From a virus, in IMG/VR virus record IMGVR_UViG_3300022602_000029, positions 1 through 64,000 of that record: 64,000 bases of DNA; one strand, given 5' to 3'. Position numbers and translations under genes: made by a program. Positions 59,112-64,000 of this stretch are shown piece after piece. How positions within the stretch are numbered: position 1 is the stretch's first letter; every line of letters begins with the position of its first letter. The notes beneath the pieces were generated by a model. The model was not told where the DNA came from. It did no database searches and was given only the letters and a program-made list of their open reading frames with translations.

Positions 59112-59359
59112 ACAAATATCTTATCAGATTCAATAAAAGCAAAGGTCAACCTGGTAGAGGTTCTATCGACCATGCTTGGCGTATATTTGAAAATGATCAA
59201 GAATACCTAGTTAAACATGTAAAAATACTAGTTCCTTGTCATGATGAAGTATCAAAAGATGGACTAGGTAATGACGATTGGAATATCTGCTGTTACGGGC
59301 GAATGACCTTAGACAAAAAAACATCAACAGCGACTATATCTCCTGCAGAAAAAGTCTAA
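59108..59359 (+). CDS. small hypothetical protein coupled to the oxygenase
   Basis: 83 aa; ATGA overlap; YLIRFNKSKGQPGRGS.DH.WRIFE...DWNICC.G. Confidence 0.7.
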   Translation: MNKYLIRFNKSKGQPGRGSIDHAWRIFENDQEYLVKHVKILVPCHDEVSKDGLGNDDWNICCYGRMTLDKKTSTATISPAEKV

Positions 59360-59392
59360 AGTTCTAGTAAAACTCATCGCCGGTGTTATATG

Positions 59393-59400
59393 TATAAATA
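59393..59400 (+). promoter_or_regulatory. late promoter, full TATAAATA consensus
   Basis: 6 nt upstream of the ATG at 59407; no SD. Confidence 0.75.
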
Positions 59401-59406
59401 TAACAA

Positions 59407-61782
59407 ATGGCAAAACAACAGATATTTACTAGCGATGTAACGCCCGGATCAGCGGGCACGGTCCTTTACAGCAACGGAACCAGCGTTTCGTGGGTATCCA
59501 CAGGCAGTTTGGGGATAGCCGGTGGGGGTGTCACGCAGATAGTAGCAGGCAACAACGTCACTATCAGTCCTTCAGGGGGTCAAGGAGCTGTAACTATATG
59601 CGCTGGCAGCGCCACCAGCGGCAGCCTAGGAACCTGCGGTCAGTTTCTAGTTATCAGTCCCACAAATAGCAGTAGCACCGGGGTTAATAATATAGCTATC
59701 GGCTGCTGTTCATTCAGCGCTAATACCACTGGTTGCAACAATCTAGCACTAGGTTACGGATCTCTAAGATCTAATACCATAGGCTCTTGCAACGTCGCAC
59801 TAGGTTTCTGCAGCCTCTACGCTAACACTACCGGTGGTTACAACACAGCAGTGGGCGCTAGGAGCCTATACTGCAACACTACTGGGGCCGCGAACACCGC
59901 AGTAGGTTACGCCAACCTCTTCAACAATACTAGCGGAGTTAATAATACGGCTATAGGTCAAGGCAGCCTCTACTCTAACACTACCGGCAGCTACAACACC
60001 GCAGTAGGTAGTGGCAGTCTCTGCGTTAACACATCTGGCACCAACAACACCGCAGTAGGAGTCAACAGTCTCTTCTCTAATATTATCGGTTCCAGTAACA
60101 CCGCAGTAGGTTTCGATAGTCTCACCAACAATACCCTTGGCAACGGTAACACCGCAGTAGGAACCTACGGCCTCTATGCCAACACTATTGGCTCTCGTAA
60201 CACCGCACTAGGCCCCTACAGCCTCTATTGCAATACCACTGGCATCAATAACACCGCACTAGGCTATAACAGCCTCTTAAACAATACCTATGGTAGCACC
60301 AACATAGCAGTAGGGTATGGTGCAGGCTCTAGTATTACAACAGGTATCGGTAATGTAATTTTAGGAAATTATGCTGGATCAGCCGCATTGGCATGTATAT
60401 TCGTGGTACAGGCAGGCAACTGCGTGAGACTATGCGTCAATAACAGCGGACTTTTTGTGAATGGATCTGCCATAAGTGGTGGGGGCGGTGCTAGCCTAGG
60501 TACCTGCTGCCAGTTCCTAGTTATCAGTCCAACAAATAGCAGTAGTACTGGCGCAAATAATATTGCTATTGGTTGCTGTTCATTAAGTGTGAATACCACC
60601 GGCTCTAATAACATAGCATTAGGTTATGGCTCATTGAAATCCAATACCACTGGCGGATGTAATACAGCAATAGGTTTTAACAGCCTCAAGTGCAACACCA
60701 CTGGCGGCTATAACACCGCAGTAGGCTATGGCAGTCTCGTCTGCAACACCACTGGCAACAGTAACGTCGCAGTAGGCCTTAAGGCTCTCTATGGAAACAC
60801 TATTGGCCTCTGTAACGTCGCAGTGGGTGTTAACAGTCTTCTATGCAACACCACCGGCTCTAATAACATAGCATTAGGATACGGAGCTTTAAAAGTTAAC
60901 ACTTCGGGTTGTAATAACTACGCAATAGGAATTTTAAGTATGTGCTCCAACACTACTGGATATAATAACGTAGCTATAGGACAAAACATATTGAGCTGTG
61001 CTACAGTTCCTTGTCTAACCGTAGCCATAGGAAACGGAGCTATTGGTTATAGTACTGCGCCTGCGAATAATGTCGCTATAGGCTCAAGTGCCGGCAGAGG
61101 CTATCCATTCCAGCCTGGTGGATATGGCAATATCAGTATAGGCGCAGGCGTCATGCAGAATATCTACAATGGTGGCTATAATATTGGCGTAGGTTTATAT
61201 AGCCTATATAGCAACACTACCGGTGCTTTTAATACTGCTATTGGAGGTTGTGCTTTATTTAATAATACCACCGGATGTGGTAATACGGCCCTTGGATTGG
61301 CTGCAGGTTGTTCACTAATCGGCGGATGCAACAATACCATGATAGGCTGTAATGCGCAGGCTGCATCAACTACCAGCTGTAACAGTATCACGCTAGGTGA
61401 TGGCAATATCACAAGCCTACGCAGTAATGTGCAGACTATCAGCACCTTATCTGATTGCCGTGATAAGACCTGTATCGCACCCATAGCTGTAGGATTGGAA
61501 TTCGTCCGTGCCCTACGTCCAGTGACTTTTACCTGGAACCGCAGAGACGGCAGCATGGTCGACAAGACTAGCAGTGGATTTATTGCGCAAGAACTAGATG
61601 AAGTACAGAATCGATTCACCGCCACTGACTATTTAAATCTGGTATTGAATGATAATCCTGATCGCTTAGAAGCCAACGCAGGAAATCTACTACCAGTGCT
61701 AGTACGAGCTATACAGGAGTTGTCTATAGAAAACGAAGATTTGAGATCCAGGATAGAGATCTTAGAAGGAAAGATAGTATAA
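59407..61782 (+). CDS. Cys-rich repeat fibre with C-terminal Peptidase_S74 intramolecular chaperone
   Basis: 791 aa; two 17-aa arrays; from 61450 SDCRDKTCI...GLEFV..LRPVTFTW.RRD...GFIAQE...LLPVLVRAIQELS..NEDLRSRIEILE. Confidence 0.88.
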   Translation: MAKQQIFTSDVTPGSAGTVLYSNGTSVSWVSTGSLGIAGGGVTQIVAGNNVTISPSGGQGAVTICAGSATSGSLGTCGQFLVISPTNSSSTGVNNIAIGCCSFSANTTGCNNLALGYGSLRSNTIGSCNVALGFCSLYANTTGGYNTAVGARSLYCNTTGAANTAVGYANLFNNTSGVNNTAIGQGSLYSNTTGSYNTAVGSGSLCVNTSGTNNTAVGVNSLFSNIIGSSNTAVGFDSLTNNTLGNGNTAVGTYGLYANTIGSRNTALGPYSLYCNTTGINNTALGYNSLLNNTYGSTNIAVGYGAGSSITTGIGNVILGNYAGSAALACIFVVQAGNCVRLCVNNSGLFVNGSAISGGGGASLGTCCQFLVISPTNSSSTGANNIAIGCCSLSVNTTGSNNIALGYGSLKSNTTGGCNTAIGFNSLKCNTTGGYNTAVGYGSLVCNTTGNSNVAVGLKALYGNTIGLCNVAVGVNSLLCNTTGSNNIALGYGALKVNTSGCNNYAIGILSMCSNTTGYNNVAIGQNILSCATVPCLTVAIGNGAIGYSTAPANNVAIGSSAGRGYPFQPGGYGNISIGAGVMQNIYNGGYNIGVGLYSLYSNTTGAFNTAIGGCALFNNTTGCGNTALGLAAGCSLIGGCNNTMIGCNAQAASTTSCNSITLGDGNITSLRSNVQTISTLSDCRDKTCIAPIAVGLEFVRALRPVTFTWNRRDGSMVDKTSSGFIAQELDEVQNRFTATDYLNLVLNDNPDRLEANAGNLLPVLVRAIQELSIENEDLRSRIEILEGKIV

Positions 61783-61783
61783 C

Positions 61784-64000
61784 ATGACCATAGCATTTAA
61801 TCTAGCCACGCTGTTAACATCAACCACTAGCCTTTCAGTAGGAACGAGCACACTAGCACAGTGCGCGATTAATCTAGCAGGCGGCATGGCCTATGGACTA
61901 CACTATCAAATAGCACCAAATACCAGCGGATTCCTTTCGCCCCCAGCACAGGGTGCTTATTTGTATTCAAACGGCGGACAGCTCGGTTGGGTTCAAGGAA
62001 CATCTAGTACCATAGTAGGAGGCACTACTGGAGCCTTATTATATCAGGCCGCACCAGGCACGACCAGTTTTATAGGAATAGGATCTGCAGGCACAGTGCT
62101 ACAAAGCAATGGCACCACAGCTACATGGGTAACTACCGCATCATTGGGAATAAGCGGCGGTGGTGGAGGTGGTAGTGTCAGCCTAAACGCCTACTGTAGT
62201 TATTATATTACCAGCCCTACTATTAGTAGTAGCGGCGTCAACAACATAGCTATCGGTTGTTGTACCTTAAGCGCAAACTCCTGTGGGTCGGATAACTTCG
62301 CCATGGGGTATGGCGCACTTAGATCAAATACCTGTGGTTCAAATAATATAGCTATAGGACATAGCACCTTATTCAGTAATACCACTGGATGTGGTAACTT
62401 CGCCGCTGGTCGTGTAGCTTTATACAGGAACCTAACTGGAAACTATAACACTGCTTTTGGCTACGGCGCAATGTGTTCAAACACAGGCGGTATCAATAAC
62501 CTTGCCATCGGACAGTTTGCTATGGCTAGCAACACGATAGGTAGTAACAACCTTGCCATAGGACAGAGCGCACTAGCTTGTAATACTACCGGATGTTATA
62601 ACTTTGCCGTTGGTTGCCAAGCACTTCAAGCAAATACAACAGGTAATAGTAACTTTGCCGTTGGCGGATTCGGACCGTTAGTTAATAATACATCTGGTAG
62701 CAATAACATTGCTGTAGGTTACGGAGTATTGAGGTCCAATACCACCGGTAGCAATAACATCGCTCTAGGTTATAAATCATTATATGGTAACATCTTTGGC
62801 TGTAACAACATCGCTCTAGGTTACCAAAGCCTTAAGTGCAACACCTGTGGCTACTCGAACATCGCGGTAGGATATGGCAGTCTCTTCTGCAATACCACTG
62901 GCAGCTTGAACACCGCAGTAGGAACCTTCAGCCTCTGCGCCAACACCACCGGAATCAACAACACCGCAGTGGGCGCTAAGAGCCTATACTACAACACCAC
63001 CGGAGTTTACAACACCGCAATAGGCTATGGCAGTCTCTTCTGCAACACCACGGGTGCCTGCAACACCGTAGTAGGGTATGGTGCAGGATGCTGTATCACA
63101 ACAGGTATCGGTAATGTAATTTTAGGAAATTATGCTGGATCAGCCGCATTGGCATGTATATTCGTGGTACAGGCAGGCAACTGCGTGAGACTATGCGTCA
63201 ATAACAGCGGACTTTATGTAAACGGATCTGTTGTTGGTGGTGCTAGTCTAGGCACCTGCTGCCAGTTTCTAGTTATCAGTCCAACAAATAGCAGTAGTAC
63301 TGGCGCAAATAATATTGCTATTGGTTGCTGTTCTTTAAGTAATAATACTACCGGGTGTAACAATATAGCATTAGGTTATGGATCTCTTAAATGTAATACT
63401 ATCGGCATACTCAACACAGCTATAGGCTATAATACTCTCGCACTGAACACCACCGGCTGCAATAACACCGCGATAGGTGCCGGTAGCCTCTGCGCCAACA
63501 CCTCTGGCGTCAGCAACACCGCAGTAGGAGTCAACACTCTCATCTGTAACACTATCGGCATGTGTAACACCGCAGTAGGCTATGGCAGTCTCGCCTACAA
63601 TACCTCTGGCGGCTGTAACGTCGCATTAGGCTTCAGCAGCCTATACAATAATACTACCGGTGGTTACAACACAGCAGTGGGCGCTAGGAGCCTATACTGC
63701 AACATCTTCGGTCTGTATAACGTTGCAATAGGTTATAACAGCCTCTCCAACAACACTTGTGGTAATACAAACGTCGCCATAGGAATGTCTGCCCTCTACA
63801 ACAACACCACCGGCGTCTGTAACACCGCGATAGGCTATGGTAGCCTTTGTTTAAATAAGACCGGCTCTGCTAACGTCGCAGTGGGATATGGATCATTAGC
63901 TTATAACAGCAGTGGTACCTATAATACCGCAGTGGGTGTTATAGCCCTCAATAAAAATATCACCGGTTGCCTCAACGTCGCAATAGGTTATGGCAGCCTC
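61784..64000 (+). CDS. fourth Cys-rich repeat fibre protein, 3' truncated (not in the supplied ORF track)
   Basis: ATG at 61784 (MTIAFNLATLL...); the frame reads through SLNAYCSYYITSP and 17-aa repeats to the window end; I saw no stop by eye. Confidence 0.85.
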   Translation, partial: MTIAFNLATLLTSTTSLSVGTSTLAQCAINLAGGMAYGLHYQIAPNTSGFLSPPAQGAYLYSNGGQLGWVQGTSSTIVGGTTGALLYQAAPGTTSFIGIGSAGTVLQSNGTTATWVTTASLGISGGGGGGSVSLNAYCSYYITSPTISSSGVNNIAIGCCTLSANSCGSDNFAMGYGALRSNTCGSNNIAIGHSTLFSNTTGCGNFAAGRVALYRNLTGNYNTAFGYGAMCSNTGGINNLAIGQFAMASNTIGSNNLAIGQSALACNTTGCYNFAVGCQALQANTTGNSNFAVGGFGPLVNNTSGSNNIAVGYGVLRSNTTGSNNIALGYKSLYGNIFGCNNIALGYQSLKCNTCGYSNIAVGYGSLFCNTTGSLNTAVGTFSLCANTTGINNTAVGAKSLYYNTTGVYNTAIGYGSLFCNTTGACNTVVGYGAGCCITTGIGNVILGNYAGSAALACIFVVQAGNCVRLCVNNSGLYVNGSVVGGASLGTCCQFLVISPTNSSSTGANNIAIGCCSLSNNTTGCNNIALGYGSLKCNTIGILNTAIGYNTLALNTTGCNNTAIGAGSLCANTSGVSNTAVGVNTLICNTIGMCNTAVGYGSLAYNTSGGCNVALGFSSLYNNTTGGYNTAVGARSLYCNIFGLYNVAIGYNSLSNNTCGNTNVAIGMSALYNNTTGVCNTAIGYGSLCLNKTGSANVAVGYGSLAYNSSGTYNTAVGVIALNKNITGCLNVAIGYGSL

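Noticed and set aside
261-62385. Numerous minus-strand and alternate-frame ORFs in the ORF track (e.g. 5346-5966, 57137-57580, 3325-3552)
   Set aside because: They are shadows of strong + strand genes or of low-complexity repeats, with no recognisable motifs, RBS or promoter context.
27270-64000. 51-nt periodic arrays as CRISPR arrays
   Set aside because: They are in-frame coding repeats without an identical repeat/unique spacer structure, and no cas genes are present.
1-64000. Stop-codon reassignment (alternative genetic code) as the source of odd composition
   Set aside because: Conserved genes (gp20, gp21, gp23) are intact in the standard code with no in-frame stops. The called genes end in TAA or TGA; the lack of TAG stops alone is not evidence of recoding.

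Overview
This 64-kb window is the late (virion morphogenesis) region of a large T4-related myovirus, probably an uncultured jumbo phage. Every credible gene is on the + strand. The first 7 kb hold a T4-type head module: portal gp20, two core-like ORFs, protease gp21, scaffold gp22 and major capsid gp23, followed by a C(UACG)G terminator. The remaining ~57 kb is a nearly uninterrupted run of fibre, adhesin and lectin genes preceded by repeated TAAATA late-promoter motifs. It includes four paralogous proteins built from Cys-rich 17-aa (51-nt) repeats, three adapter-plus-lectin gene pairs, stand-alone LamG-like genes, a Gly-rich adhesin candidate, a 2OG-Fe(II) oxygenase and a Peptidase_S74 chaperone. 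Three signals stand out. (1) In the best-conserved repeat units the variable codons are overwhelmingly NNC, while non-adenine scaffold positions are nearly fixed; this resembles DGR-type adenine mutagenesis acting on a tandem array, but no reverse transcriptase or template lies in the window. (2) A 1919-aa virion-type protein has five C-x-R-D helices spaced like the phycobiliprotein bilin-attachment helix. (3) Six late genes appear to be leaderless, and there are two candidate structured 5'-UTR RNAs. No tRNA, rRNA, CRISPR array, integrase or transposase was recognised. All annotations come from motif recognition and hand inspection; no database search was run.
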